Assembly (NCBI GenBank): GCA_046562895.1
Contig: CM102164.1
Location: forward strand, 32,779,842 to 32,843,841
Direction of reading: 5' to 3'
From: Trichechus inunguis
Taxonomy: Eukaryota
DNA length: 64,000 nt
A model generated the notes under the pieces. It was not told where the DNA came from, made no database searches, and was given only the letters and a program-made list of their open reading frames with translations. The number at the start of each line of letters is the position of its first letter. The first letter of the stretch is position 1. Made by a program: the position numbers and the translations under genes. Below, piece after piece: positions 20,011 to 32,837 of this stretch.

Positions 20011-20728
20011 CTGAAAAGATGAAAGAACTGCACCTGACATTAGTTCAGTTTGGGTTGGCGCATATTCATGTTTTTGCTTTTTAAAATTCTTGCCATAGAT
20101 CCTTTAACCTGTGTACCTGCCTATGACTGCATCTTCATTTCTGCTGCCTATATTAGTTTCCCTAAGACCTTGGGTCTATCACCTTCAAGGTTAGGATCCC
20201 CATCTTCAGGCTTACCATGCTTTCATGAGCATGTGATAAAGCTCAGCCTTTGAAGCAGTGACTCTTAGCTGAGGAGGGCAGGAGATGGTGGGTACAGGGA
20301 AGTGTATATGTAGTTTTAAACAGCATGTTCAATATTAAAATTTTATATTTAGAAAAGTGCAAGTCTGAAGTTTTAGACTCTGAAGGCCAATTTTTTTATG
20401 TTGAACAAAAGGGATCATGATGTTTAAAACATTGACAAACTGGTTTAAAGCATTGCTAGAACAAAAAAAATGGATAGTACCATTTTTTAAACTCTCTACA
20501 CATGAACTTCTTTTCAGTAGTTTTAATAAATGCCTTTAGATACATAGTGTTCATAGTGTTTATGAGATTCAAAACAATTCTGTGTCACTGCTCTATGAAG
20601 AACTTTGATTCTATGGTAATAAAAGCTTTAGAAATGTTTTAATTAGCTGAATTGAAATAGTGGAAACTTATTTTATTATGTGATGAAATTCTAATGATGT
20701 GACTTAAATTTGTTTTCTTTTTTTATAG

Positions 20729-20828
20729 GGTGGCTTCTGGAAGCTTACTCCAGAACTAGGATTTATATTAAACCTTAATACAAATTTTTTAAACAGCTTT
20801 CTTGAACAAAAAGGCATTCAATCTCTAG
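20729..20828 (+). CDS. Candidate coding exon (GGFWKLTPELGFILNLNTNFLNSFLEQKGIQSL), phase 0 to 1
   Basis: Acceptor tttcttttttttatag|GG and donor TCTCTAG|gtaagt. Only one of three frames is open, and the phase is compatible with the previous exon. Confidence 0.5.
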
Positions 20829-20867
20829 GTAAGTTGCTATCTTTCCAGCATTAATTATATAAACTGC

Positions 20868-21650
20868 TTTTTTGTTGTTGTTGTACTTTAGATGAAGGTT
20901 TACAGAATAGTTTCTCATTAACCAGTGTACGTATTGTTTTATGACAATGGTTGACAACCCTACGACATGTCAGCACTGTCCCTTCTCAACCTTGCGTCCC
21001 CTATTACCAGCTTTCCTGCCCCCTCCTGCCTTCTAGTCCTTGTCCCTGGGCTGTTGTGCCCCATTAGTGTCGTTTTGTTTTATGGGGCTGTCTAATCTTC
21101 GGCTGAAGGGTGAACCTCGGGAGTGACTTCATTACTGAGCTAAAAGGGTGTCCAGAGGCCATACTCTCAGGTTTCTCCAGTCTCTGTCAGGCCAGTTAGT
21201 CTGGTCTTTCTTTGTGAGTTAGAATTTTGTTCTACATTATACCCTCTGTTGTGACCCTGTCAGAGCAGTCAGTGATGGTAGCCAGGCACCATCTAGTTGT
21301 ACTGGACTCAGTCTGGTGGAGGCCGTGGTAGTTGTGGTCCATTCCATTTGTCCTTTGGACTAATCTTTCCCTTGTACCTTGTTCTCTTCATTCTCCCTTG
21401 CTTCCAAAGGGGTGAGACCAGTGGAGTGTCTTAAATGGCTGCTCACAGGCTTTTAAGACCCCAGCTGCTACTCACCAAGGTAGAATGTAGAACATTTACT
21501 TTATAAACTGTGTTATGCCAGTTGAGCTAGATGTTCCCTGAGACCATGGTCTCCACAGCCCTCTATCCAGCAATTTAGTCCCTGAGGGAGTTGGGATGTG
21601 TCTATGGAGCTTCCATGACCTTTCCTTGTACAAGTTGTGATTGTTATAAA
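20868..21650 (-). mobile_element. 5'-truncated L1 insertion (3'UTR only)
   Basis: A T-rich start, then the same ~0.8-kb antisense L1 3'UTR unit (gatgaaggtttacagaatagtttctcattaaccag...ccctgagggagttgggatgtgtctatggagcttccatgacctttccttgtac). Confidence 0.8.
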
Positions 21651-22399
21651 TTATTTTTTTGATTAGTGTAATATAGTAATTATGTAAGTTATGTATAAGT
21701 GGGATTATATTTGTTGACCAGCAAAAGAGATGGGGATTAGTTTATGGTCATACCACACAAATTTATTAACATTAGGAGCACTAACTACCAAAAAAAAACC
21801 CAAATCTCAGTTTTAACTGAGTTTAACACAGCTTAATACAATAAAAGATTATTTTTTACTCACATCACTGCCAAACATTGGTCAGCAAGAAATTCACTCC
21901 ACGTAGCATTTAGAGAACCAGGCTCCTTCCATATTGTGGCTTTGCCATCTTCAACAAAATTGCCCTGGTGGGAGAAAAAAAAAAAAGAAGAAAAAAAGAT
22001 TACAATGGCATCATTCACCTAGGTGCAAAGGGACTAAGAAATGTAGTTTAGTTTTGTGCCCAGGAAGAGAAAACAAATTTGAAGAGCATCTTGCCTGTTG
22101 TCCAGAGCAAGGGGTTCAACCTCTCCGGATCTCAGTTTCTTCTGACAGTGAAGGGATGGATGAGGAAATCTTAGACATCCAGCAAGTGGCTTGAAGTTCA
22201 AATGCTAGCCCTGTTCTAAGAGATTTTTCTTATAAAATAAATATTAAACAATTAGCTAGTATTCATAGATGAATTGAACAGCAAAGTGTAACTACCCTGC
22301 CGCCACCTCTAAAATGTCAGGCTTTTCCTAATCCAGGGTAGATGAGTTAGCTGATTTTTAGCCTGTTTGACCTGCACTAGACTACAAAGGAATGATGAA

Positions 22400-25300
22400 A
22401 ATAGGGATGAGGAGAGACTTCTTGTTCTTGGAATACTGAAAGAGCTTGTATATGACTAATTCTGCCAATAAGAATTATAACTTCTGGACAAAATATCAAA
22501 AAAACAGACAAACCTGTTTGAAGGCCTGGGGAGCAACCAAAAACAGGCAGAAACTGGAGGGGACACAATCACTGAAAGAAGAGAAGCAGACTAGGTGAGC
22601 TTCACATTTATCCAGTTTCTCACCTAAGAGTACTTCTCAGTTTGTGAAGCAATGGGAGGTTATAACTGAAGTAGAAACAGCCCTTATAGGATGAGAACAT
22701 GGGATCAGAGTGCCAGCCTACCAGAGTGTCTGGAAATTAAGGATGAAAATCCTTAAGAGGAGGGAACCACACAGAGCAGGGAACTCTGAAATCTATAAAA
22801 ATTCCTCTCAGATCCTTGGCTGACCCCTGACCTATACATGCACAGGATGTGACTTCAGGGAATCCAGAAAAAACAAATAGCTGAGAAGCTTAAAGATCAT
22901 TCAAAAACTTCAAGTTCTGCCAGACAATGGAGAGACAGAGTTTGAACAGAGTTTGGAGTTCAAGTCAAACCAAGTTGGAGAGGCTTTATAGATAACTCAG
23001 GTTTTCCACTGGAATGCAAAAAGGATCATAAAGTCCATATTCATGACTAAGGACTAAACCCTAGGACAAAGGACAAAGCCAAAATGGGTGCATCCTAAGA
23101 AAGCCTCAACAAAGCCTTTATGGGATGCACCAGACCAAAACTCAACAATGTTTAGAGTAAGATAATAATTCAGAATCTCTACAAGATATGATCTTCAACA
23201 TTCAGTATAGAATGAAAATCTAATAGACATGAGGAAGAAGGAAAATGTGACTGATAATCAAGAGAAAAAATGATTAGCTGTACATGCTGACCCACAGATG
23301 TCCCTGATGTTGAATTAGCAGACAAGGACTTTAAAAATTCTGTTTTATTAGAGGATTTACCAGAAAGGAAGGATAGGATGGGTGAACAAATGGGGGAATT
23401 TTAGCAGATAGGTGGAAATTATAAATAAGAACCAAATGAAAAATTCTAGAACTGAAAGTACAATATCTGAAATGAAAAATTCATTGGATAGGTTTAACAG
23501 CAGTATGAACACAATATAAAAAATGAACATTTAACTCAAAGATAGGTCAGTAAAAAGTATCCAAAGTGAAGCATAGAAAGAAAAGAAAAAACAACAGCAT
23601 CCAAAACTTGTAGAACATCAAAAGGTTTAACATGTGTAATTGAGGGTCCCAGAGTGAGGGAGGATAGACAGAAAAATATTTGACTAAATAATGGCAGGAA
23701 TTCAACTCACAGACCCAAGAAATGCAGCAGAACCCCAAATAGATAAATACAAGAAAGATCATTTTTAGGTAAAACAAAAGTCAGACTGCTGAAAACCTAA
23801 GATAAGTCTTAAAAGCACTCAGAGAAAAAGGATACATTACATTCAGAACATCTATAAGAATTTCATCCTACTTCACACCTGAGATAACGGAAGCTAGAAA
23901 TAATGAAATAACATCTCTGAAGTACTGAAATGGAAGCCCTGGTGGCACAGTGGTTAAAGCACTCGCTGCTAACTGGAAGGTCATCGGTTCCAACCTGCCT
24001 GCCACTCCACAGGAGAAAGATGTGGCAGTCTGCTTCCTAAAGATTTACAGCCTTGGAAACCTTATGAGGACGATTCTACTCTGTCCTGTAGGGTCACTAT
24101 AAGTTGGAGTTGACTGCATTGGATTTGGTTTGGGTTTAAAGTACTGAAATAAAAAAAAAAAAAAAAAATCTGTCAACTAAGTGTTCTATATTCAGCTAAA
24201 AAGATCCTTTAAAAAAATGGATAGAAATAAGGACATTTTCAGACAAACAAAAGATCATACAAGGTCAAAGGATACAAGGTCAAAATGAAAAACCAGTTGT
24301 AATTCTACATACTGGCTACGAATAATTGGAAAATGCAATCAAAAAATATCATTTACAGTAGCATTAAAAAACATCAAATACCTACAAATAAATTTAAAGA
24401 AAGATGTGCAAGATTTCTACAATAAAAACTAAAAATATTATTGAGAAAACCTTTAAAAACCTAAATGAACGGAAAAATTTTCCATTATGATGGGATTGGA
24501 AGACTCTAAACTCAATGTTGTCAATTTTCCTCAAATGGCTCTATAGATTCAATGTAATCCCAGCAGACGTTTTTGTAGAAATTGACAAAGTGACTCTAAA
24601 ATTTATATGAAAATTCAACAGGACCTAGGATAGCCAAGATAATCTTATACTAGAATGGGAGAACTGGAGTGCATAAATTACCTGACATCAAACACACAAT
24701 TTGTATTGACATAGGATGATAATAATAGACCAATGGAAAATAGAAAGTCTAGAAAGTGACCTTAACATTTAGTTCATTGATTTTTCTGCAGACACCAATC
24801 AAGTTAATGAGAAAGGAAAGCCTTTTCAAATCTGATATTAGAACGACTGGGTTTCTGAATTTTAAGCCCTACTTTATGCCATTCTCAAAGCCTAATTTGA
24901 GATGGATCGTAGAGCTAAATATAAAACTATTAAAAATGTCTAAAAGGAAACAAAGGAGAGTATCTTCATGAATTTGGAGTGGGCGAGGCTTTTTTAGAAA
25001 ATGCACAAAAGACACGAACCATAAAAGAAAAGTTAAATAAATTGGAGGTCATCAAAATTAAAATCAAAAGTCACCATTAAGAAAATGAATAGACAAACCA
25101 TTGATTGGGAGAAACATTCACAAAACATGTATCTGACAAAGCGCTGGTATCCAAGATATACAAAAACTCAAAAATAAAAAAGACAAATATGGGCAAAATA
25201 TTTGAACAGATACTTCACAAAAGAGTTACGAATAGCCAACAAGCACATGAAAAAGTATTCATCATCACTAGTCATCAGGAAAATGCAAATAAAAACCGCA

Positions 25301-25470
25301 ATGAGATACTACTACAAACCAACCAGAATGCCTAAAATTAAAAAAAGATTGACAAAATCAAATGTTGGTGAGGTTATGAAGCAACTGGAACTTCCATACA
25401 TTGTTGGTGGGAAAATAACATTGTTGGTGGTGAAAATGGTCTTTTTATTTGAACGGCAGGCTAGTTAAGG
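22400..25470 (+). mobile_element. Old L1 (L1M-like) in sense orientation: ORF1 region and ORF2 C-terminal region with internal deletions, carrying a nested AfroSINE
   Basis: Plus-strand remnants of L1 ORF1 (...ataggtttaacagcagtatgaacac...) and the ORF2 tail (25202-25468 reads MNRYFTKELRIANKHMKKYSSSLVIRKMQIKTAMRYYYKPTRM). Boundaries approximate. Confidence 0.55.
23928..24175 (+). mobile_element. AfroSINE with poly(A) tail, nested in the old L1
   Basis: ggaagccctggtggcacagtggttaaagcactcgctgctaac...ctctgtcctgtagggtcactataagttggagttgactgcattgg followed by a20. Confidence 0.8.
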
Positions 25471-25957
25471 GCCTTGAGGAGTATTATAGAGTTTTATGAT
25501 CTGCTATTGTTTTATGGTTTAATAGTATTATAATTTTTTTCACTGTTCTTTTTTTACTTTATTGCAAGATAAACAAGAATAGTCAAGCATTCTAAAAATC
25601 TTAAATGATGCTTTGAAGAAATGACAACATACGTTGTTTCAACATGCTGAACATCCAACACTTTATGAAGTTAAACAGTTCAGATTTCAACTGATAGCTC
25701 TTTCTCTTTTTGTCTCAAATTAGGGATTAGAGGAGTAATGGTTCTAGCTCCACCAAGCATAAGCTTCAGCAATGACGTAGAATAAAGAAAGGAGAACTAA
25801 TAGTCTTGTCATATGAGGGGTCGGGTAGGATGTAAATTTCACTCTAAGTAGACTAGTTTTTGAGTATTATAATAGAACTTTTATAAATGGACACAGTGTG
25901 AGGTGCAGTTTCAAACAGACATAAGGAGTTTTTTTGTTTTTTTTTTTTTCCTTTTAG

Positions 25958-26090
25958 GTATAAAAGGACAAGAATGTCTCCTGAACCTGATTGCCACACT
26001 TCTGGTACTACAATTTCTTTGCACCAAGTTCAAAGAAGAAGGAATAGTCTTCAAATCACTGATGAAATTAGATGACACTTCCATTTCCAG
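25958..26090 (+). CDS. Candidate coding exon (..IKGQECLLNLIATLLVLQFLCTKFKEEGIVFKSLMKLDDTSIS..), phase 1 to 2
   Basis: Acceptor (t)n ccttttag|GT and donor TTTCCAG|gtgact. A single open frame that completes the split codon from 20828. Confidence 0.55.
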
Positions 26091-26244
26091 GTGACTTTAT
26101 AAGTTTTAGCTATTAAGCTTTTGTTTTCAACCCTTCTTATTAAATAAACCTTGTATGAAGGCTACATGGAATTATCTTACATTTATATACTACTTTTTTT
26201 AAACTAATCTATCTACATACATATAGATAGATTTAAAACAAAAA

Positions 26245-27060
26245 TATTTTATTGTATATTAGGTGAAAGTTTACAGAGCAAATTAGTTTCCCATTCAACA
26301 AATTGTCCACAAGTGTTCCATGACATTGGTTGCAATCCCCACACTCAGCACTCTTCCTATTTCTGCCCTGGCTTCCCGGTTTCCTTTCATCTGGTGTTCC
26401 TACCCCTTGCTGCCTTCTCATCTTTGCTTTTGGGCAAATGTTGCCCTTTTGGTCTTGTATAATTGACTGTTCTATGGAGTAAGTTCTTTTCATATGTTAT
26501 TGTTTATAGGCCTGTCTATTGTTTGGCTGGAAAGAGGTTTCCAGGAATGGCTGCTGTTCCAAATCAGAGGGGTGTCTTAGGGCCATAGTCTCAGGGTTCG
26601 TCTAGTCTCTAACAGGTCAATAAGTTTTGTCTTCTTTTATGAATTTGATTTTCTGTTCTACATTTTTCTCCTGTTCTATCCTGGACTCTACTGTGATCCC
26701 GGTCAGAGCAGTCACTAGTGGTAGCCGGGCACCATCTATTTCTTCTGGGCTCAGGTTGGTGGAGGCTGTGGTGCATGTGGTCCATTTGTCCTTTGGACTA
26801 ATTGCTCCCTTGAGTCTTGGTTTTCTTCACCCTCCTTTGCTGTGGATAGGAAGAGACCACTAGTTATATCTTAGATGGCCACTCACAGGCTTTTAAGACC
26901 TCAGATGTTACTCACCAAAGTAGGATGTAGAACATTTTCTTTATATACTATGTTATGCCAGTTGACCTAGGTATCTGCAGAGAGCATGGTCCCCAGCCCT
27001 AAGCCCCAGCAACTTGATCCCTCAAGGTGTTTAGTTATGTCTAGGAAGCTTGTATGACTT
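26245..27060 (-). mobile_element. 5'-truncated L1 insertion (3'UTR only)
   Basis: attttattgtatattaggtgaaagtttacagagcaaattagtttcccattcaac... through ...ctaggaagcttgtatgactttgccttggcc, the L1 3'UTR in antisense. Confidence 0.75.
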
Positions 27061-27062
27061 TG

Positions 27063-27655
27063 CCTTGGCCAAGAGGATAGATTTTGAAATGTTCTTTTTG
27101 ACGCAGTTCCTCTTTAGTTTATCATTCCTGGCATAGTAGACCATATGATTGTCTGATTCAAAATGGCCAGTTTCACCTTACTAATGCCTAAGATACTGAT
27201 CTTCAAGCATTCCATTTCATGTTTGACAACTTCCTATTTTCCTAGATTCATAATTCGTACATTCCAATTATTAATGGATGGTTGCAGCTGTTTCTTCTCT
27301 TTTTGAGTTGTGCCACATCAAATGAAGGTCCAGAAAGCTTTACTCCATCCACATCATTAAGGTCAACTCTACTTTGAGAAGGCAGCTTTCCCCCAGTCAT
27401 ATTTTGAGTGCCTTCCAAGTGGAGGGGCTCATCTTCTGGCGTTATATCAGACATTGTTCTGCTGCTATTAATAAAGTTTTCATTGGCCAATTTTTTTAGA
27501 AGTAGATCACCAAGTCCTTCTTCCTAGTCTGTCTTAGTCTGGAAGCTCCACTGAAACCTGTCCACAATGGATGACCCTGCTGTTATTTGAAATACCGATG
27601 GGATAGCTTCCAGCATCATAGCAACACACAAGCCACAACAGTACAACAGATCATC
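27063..27655 (-). mobile_element. RTE/BovB 5' fragment (5'UTR + start of endonuclease ORF), inverted relative to the adjoining RTE
   Basis: Minus ORF 27248-27490 (...EDEPLHLEGTQNMTGGKLPSQSRVDLNDVDGVKLSGPSF...CNHPLIIGMYEL) is the N-terminus of the RTE endonuclease ORF. 27480-27650 is the reverse complement of the RTE leader seen at 5700-5880. Confidence 0.6.
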
Positions 27656-29850
27656 AGACAGAACAAGGCCAAGGGCTGCCTGTGGAACAGATCTTCAATT
27701 GCTCGTATGCAAGTTCAAGTTGAAGCTGAATAAAATGGAAACAAGTCCACGAGAGCCAAAGTGCGACCTTAAGCATATCCCACCTGAAATTAGAGACCAT
27801 CTCAAGAATAGATTTGATTCATTGAACACTAATGACCAAAGACCAGATGACTTGTGGGAAGACATCAAGGATATCATACATGAAGAAAGAAAAAGGCCAT
27901 TAAAAAGACAGGAAAGAAAGAAAAGACCAAAATGGATGTCAGAAGAGACTCTAAAACTTGCTCTTGAATGTAGAGTAGCTAAAATGAACAGAAGAAATGA
28001 TGAAGTAAAAGACCTGAACAGAAGATTTCTAAGGGCTGCTTGAGAAGACAAAGTAAAGTATCGTAATGACATGTGCAAAGACTTGAAGCTAGAATACCAA
28101 AATGGAAGAACACGCTTGACATTTCTCAAGCTGAAGAAACTGAAGAAAAAATTCAAGTCTCGAGTTGCAATATTGAAAGATTCTATGGGGAAAATATTAA
28201 ACAATGCAGGAAGCATCAAAAGAAGGTGGAAGGAATATACACAGAGTCACTGTACCAAAAAAACTGATCGACTTTCAACCATTTCAGGAGGTAGCATATG
28301 ATCAAGAGCTGATGGTATTGAAGGAAGAAGTTCAAGCTGCACTGAAGGCATTGGTGAAAAACAAGGCTACAGAAATTGACAGAATAGGAATTGAGATGTT
28401 TCAACAAATGGACATAACACTGCCAACAGTCACTTGTCTGTGCCAAGAAGTTTTGAAGACAGCTACCTGGTCAACTGACCAGAAGAGATCCATATTTGTG
28501 CCCATTCCAAAGGAAGGTGATTCAACAGTATGGGGAAATCATCGAACAACATCATTAATATCACATGTCAGTAAAATTTTGGTTAAAATTATTCAAAAAT
28601 GGTTGCAGCTTTACATTGACAGGGAACTGCCAGAAATTCAAGCTGGATTCAGAAGAGGATGTGGAACCAGCGATATCATTGCTGATGTCAGATGGATCTT
28701 GGCTGAAAGCAGAGAACACTGGAAAGATGATTTACCTGTGTTTCATTGTCTATGCAAAGGCATTCGACTGCGTGGATCATAACAAAATATGGATAACATC
28801 GCGAAGAATGGGAATTACAGAACAATTATTCTCATGCGAAACCTGTACGTAGAACAATAGGCAGTTGTTTGAACAGAACAAGGGGATACTTTGTGGTATA
28901 AAATCAGGAATGGTTTGTGCCATGATTGTATCCTATCACCGTACTTATTCAGTCTGTATGCTGAGCAAATAATCTGAGAAGCTGGACTATATGACTAAGA
29001 GCGCAGCATGAAGATTGGAGGAAGACTAACAATCTGCGATATACAGATGACACAACCTTCCTTGCTGAAAGCAAAGAGGACTTGAAGGACTTACTGATGA
29101 AGATCAAATACTTTAGCCTTCAGTATGGATTACACCTCAACATAAAGAAAACAAAAATTCTCACAACTGGACCAATAAGCACCATCATGATAAACAGAGA
29201 AAGGATCGAAGTTGTCAAGGATTTCATTTTACTTGGATTCACAATCAACACCCATGAAAGCAGCCATCAAGAAATCAAACGATGTATTGCATCAGGCAAA
29301 TCTGCTGCAAAAGACCTCTTTAAAGTGTTAAAAAGCAAAGATACCACTTTGAGGGCTAAGGTGCACCTGACCCAAGCCATGGTATTTTAAATTGCTTCAT
29401 ATGCATGGGAGAGCTGAACAATGAATAAAGAAGACCAAAGAAGAATTGATGCATTTGGATTATGGTGTCAGTGAAGAATATTGAATATACCATGGACTTC
29501 CAGAAGAAGGAACAAATCTGTCTTGGAAGAAGTACAGCCAGAATGCTGCTTAGAAGCGAGGATGGCACAACTTCATCTCATGTACTTTGAACATGTTATC
29601 AAGAGGGACCAGTCCTTGGAGAAGGACATCATGCTTGATAAAGTAGAGGGTTTGTGAAAAAGGAAAACCCTCAGTGAGGTGAATTGACACAGTGGCTGCA
29701 ACCATGGGCTTAAACATAGCGACAATTGTGAGGCATAACAACAATTGTGAGGATGGTGCATGACCAGGCAGTGTTTAGTTCTGTTATACATGGGGTAGCT
29801 ATGAGTTGAACCGACTGGAGGGCACCTAACAACAAGAACAACACTATCTA
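27656..29850 (+). mobile_element. RTE/BovB LINE, 5'-truncated (end of EN, RT domain, C-terminus, 3' end)
   Basis: Plus ORFs 27699-28043, 28204-28782 (RT: ...QKRSIFVPIPKEGDSTVWGNHRTTSLISHVSKILVKIIQKWLQLYIDRELPEIQAGFRRGCGTSDIIADVRW...), 28565-28852 and 29082-29390. The tail ends ...ggggtagctatgagttgaaccgactggagggcacctaacaacaagaacaa. Confidence 0.8.
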
Positions 29851-29874
29851 GAGAGTGAATCCTGCCCATCCCTC

Positions 29875-30745
29875 TCTCCCCCCTTTCCTGGTATCCACTA
29901 TGAACATTAGTTTCTGTATAATTACCTGTTTATGTCATTTCATAAAGTGAGAATATGCAATATTTGTTATTTTACAATTGACTTATTTCACTCGACATAA
30001 TTTCTCTCAGGTTCATCCATGTTCCAAGATGTTGTGGGAACTCATTTCTCTTTATCTTTGAGTAGTATTTCATTGTAACATATTTCAGTTATCCATTCAT
30101 CTGTTGACAGGCATTTAGTTTGTTTCCATCTTTTTGCTGTTGTGAATAGTGCTGCTATGAACATCGTTGTGCATGTGTCCGTTCATGTCACTTTTATTAG
30201 ATCCCTAGGGTATATACCTGGAAACCCTGATGGCATAGTGGTTAAGAGTTCGACTGCTAACCAAAAGGTCAGAAGTTTGAATCCACCTTGGAAACCCTAT
30301 GAGGCAGTTCTATAGGGTCGCTATGAGTTGGAATCGACTCGACGGCAATGGGTTTGGGTGGTTTTTTTTTTTTGTTTTTGGTTTAGGGTGTATACTTTGG
30401 AGTGGAATTGATGGGTCATATGGTAGTTATTTGCAAAACAGCCATTGTCTTCCACGATGCCTGTACCATTTTTCATTCCCATGAGCAATGGATGAGGCCT
30501 CCAATTTTTCCACATCCTCTCCAACACTTGTTCTCTTCTGTTTTTTTGTTTGTTTTGTTATTTTTTTATCTTAGCAATTGTAGTGTTAGTGAAATGGTGT
30601 CTCATTGTGGTTTTGATTTGCGTTTCTCTGATGGCTAATGACATTGAGCATCTTTCATGTGAATATCCTCTTTGGTGAAGTGTCTGTTCATGTCCTTTGC
30701 TCAGTTTTTGGTTTGGTTATTTGTCTTTTTGTTGTTAAATTACAT
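29875..30745 (-). mobile_element. Old L1 ORF2 3' fragment, split by an AfroSINE
   Basis: Antisense L1 ORF2 tail (...tgacttatttcactcgacataatttctctcaggttcatccatgttccaag... ...ggctaatgacattgagcatctttcatgtgaatatcctctttggtgaagtgtctgttcatgtcctttgc). Confidence 0.6.
30218..30385 (+). mobile_element. AfroSINE nested in the old L1, flanked by a ~12-bp target-site duplication
   Basis: ggaaaccctgatggcatagtggttaagagttcgactgctaaccaaaaggtcagaagtttgaatccacc...ctatgagttggaatcgactcgacggcaatgggtttgg plus a T/G-rich tail. The flanks tagggtatatac and tagggtgtatac look like a TSD. Confidence 0.8.
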
Positions 30746-31799
30746 TTATATACTACTTGACAAACACAAAGAGGATTCTTCCAAAGACAGTATCTTGACC
30801 GCAACCTGTGGTGGGCAGGGCACAGTACTTTTCCCTCTTGAGTTGCACAGGAAGCTGGGACTCAGAGTTTAAGTATCACTTACACTTGAACCCAAATCTT
30901 CGGGCTCCAGCTATAGTACTCTTTTTACTATATCATGCTGATCTTGTGTGTTTTTACAAAATCCAGAATATGATTGTTGGGACCAAGCCTGCTTCTAACA
31001 GGGCCTGAAACAAGAATATAAATGGAAACTCACATATTACATGTCTAAGTATTTAAAAGTTATAAATCAAACTAGGAAACTGTTAAATAAAATATGTTCT
31101 AATCTCCTACCTTGACAAATACATCTTCATAAAAACCTGAAGACCAGATTCAAACTTATAATTCTAGGAGTCTTTGGAGTTTCATGCCAAAACGTGGCCA
31201 TGTAGAGAGAGCCTAACCCCAGATTCTAGCCCTTGGATGACCTCTAGCAGCACGAGAGACCTTGAGTGCACAAATCAATACTCTACCTCACTCATCAAAG
31301 CTTCATCCACGTTCAGTGCAACTTGCCACTCCTTGGCCACTCTGTGGACTTAGTGATATGGCCGCACAATCCCGACTCAGGAGGGCATACCCAGGGAAGA
31401 CCCTGTGGACTCAGGGCCCTTTGGTCAGGGAAGAGTGGGGGTTCAAGGGCCTAAAAAGGAGGGCATGGGCTCTGGTTGGGCACATCATTTTCTTCCTACA
31501 GACTTCTCATCCCCATGGTAAGGGACATGGCCAGAGGAGGGCCACAATGTCGCCCCTACACATATATATTTATATATATACACATATATTCACATACATA
31601 TGTAATTTGCTCTGTTTCTTTAAAGGGTAAGTTAAAGGAAAAACAAAATATTATTACCTACACAGAGAGGGGTAGGATAGGGTAGAGGGGACAAGGATAA
31701 AAGCTAGAATTTTTCTAATGTACCTTGTTTTGCAGGTTTGCCTTTGTAACTCTGTAAATATTTTACATACTAATAAATAAAATTTAAAATCAAATGAAC

Positions 31800-31860
31800 A
31801 ACCAGAAAAAACCGAAACCCCTTGCTATTGATTCCGACTCATACTGACCCTATGAACAAG
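31800..31860 (-). mobile_element. AfroSINE 3' fragment
   Basis: Reverse complement ...cttgttcatagggtcagtatgagtcggaatcaatagcaaggggtttcggtttt resembles the AfroSINE tail. Confidence 0.35.
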
Positions 31861-32089
31861 TAATGTCGAAAAATAGAAAGCAAAATGAAACACATAAATC
31901 TAACTGTGGATCCAGTTGGTGGCTTAACCACACAAAGAGGAATTATTTCAGGGACTTTAGAACATAGTAATTTGACAATACCTCCCTAGTGGGGTAATCC
32001 TAAGGATAAAAATAATTACAAAGAGATCTTACTTTGAGTAATCGTACTGTTACTAGTACTTTTGATTTTGTTATTTTGAAACATAATAG

Positions 32090-32160
32090 ATACATAGATG
32101 ATAGGTAGATAGATACATACATACGTACATCAATAGATATATCAGTAGATATTAATATTA
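32090..32160. repeat. GATA/TACA-type microsatellite-like low-complexity tract
   Basis: atacatagatgataggtagatagatacatacatacgtacatcaatagatatatcagtagata. Confidence 0.6.
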
Positions 32161-32639
32161 GGAACTAAGATTTTTCACATAAGAGAAAAAAGACACATAA
32201 AATCAAAGAAGTTAAATAAAACCCCTTGAATCCTAAACTTGACTGAGAAGGATCAGAGAATGGAAGAACATGTTAAATTACACCAAGAGAATGCAATCAG
32301 CATGTCTGGGAATGTGAGGAAAATAAATAGCAAGAGAAAAAAGGGGGGAGGCTGGAACCTACAGATTAAAAGAAATATCAGCCATTGGTGATGTGTCAAC
32401 TTTGGATCCTGATTTGAACAAAATTCACTGTATTAAATAAATGAGACAAGAAAAATTAAATATTACTTGGACATTTTACTAATAATTGTTGATACTTATT
32501 AAAAGTTACATTTTTTAAAAAGTCCTTATCCCTTAAAGATACATATTTACAGGATAAAATTAAAACAAATAAGACCTATATTACCCTCTCACAGAGACTA
32601 ATTAAAATCTTCATTCCTAACAGCATCTAAAACAAAATG

Positions 32640-32835
32640 AGTACTCAGAAAATTCTTTTTTTTTTTTGGCTATAACTTTATTTTGCTACTGTTGTTGAGA
32701 ATATACACAGCAAAACATACAACAATTCAACAGTTTCTACAAGTACCATTTAGTGACACTGATTACATTCTTCAAGTTGTGCAACCGTTCTCACCCTCCT
32801 TTTCTGAGTTGTTCCTCTCCCATTAACATAAATTC
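32640..32835 (-). mobile_element. Stand-alone ~190-bp poly(A)-tailed LINE 3'-terminal fragment of a second 3'-end type
   Basis: t12 then ggctataactttattttgctactgttgttgagaatatacacagcaaaacatac...cattaacataaattcactgcccgctatggttcc. Related copies occur at 58640-58830 and, as ~100-bp versions, inside the young L1 3' tails (39720-39820, 60360-60480, 61200-61320). Confidence 0.45.
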
Positions 32836-32837
32836 AC

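Noticed and set aside
21934-22194. An 86-aa ORF containing a lysine run.
   Set aside because: The lysine run is translation of an A-rich tract (gagaaaaaaaaaaaagaagaaaaaaag). There are no splice signals or domain features.
31262-31685. Three overlapping 60-120-aa ORFs in a GC-richer unique stretch.
   Set aside because: They overlap in different frames, show no splice-site support, and contain a low-complexity (TATA/CATA)n tract (31560-31610). They are most likely non-coding.
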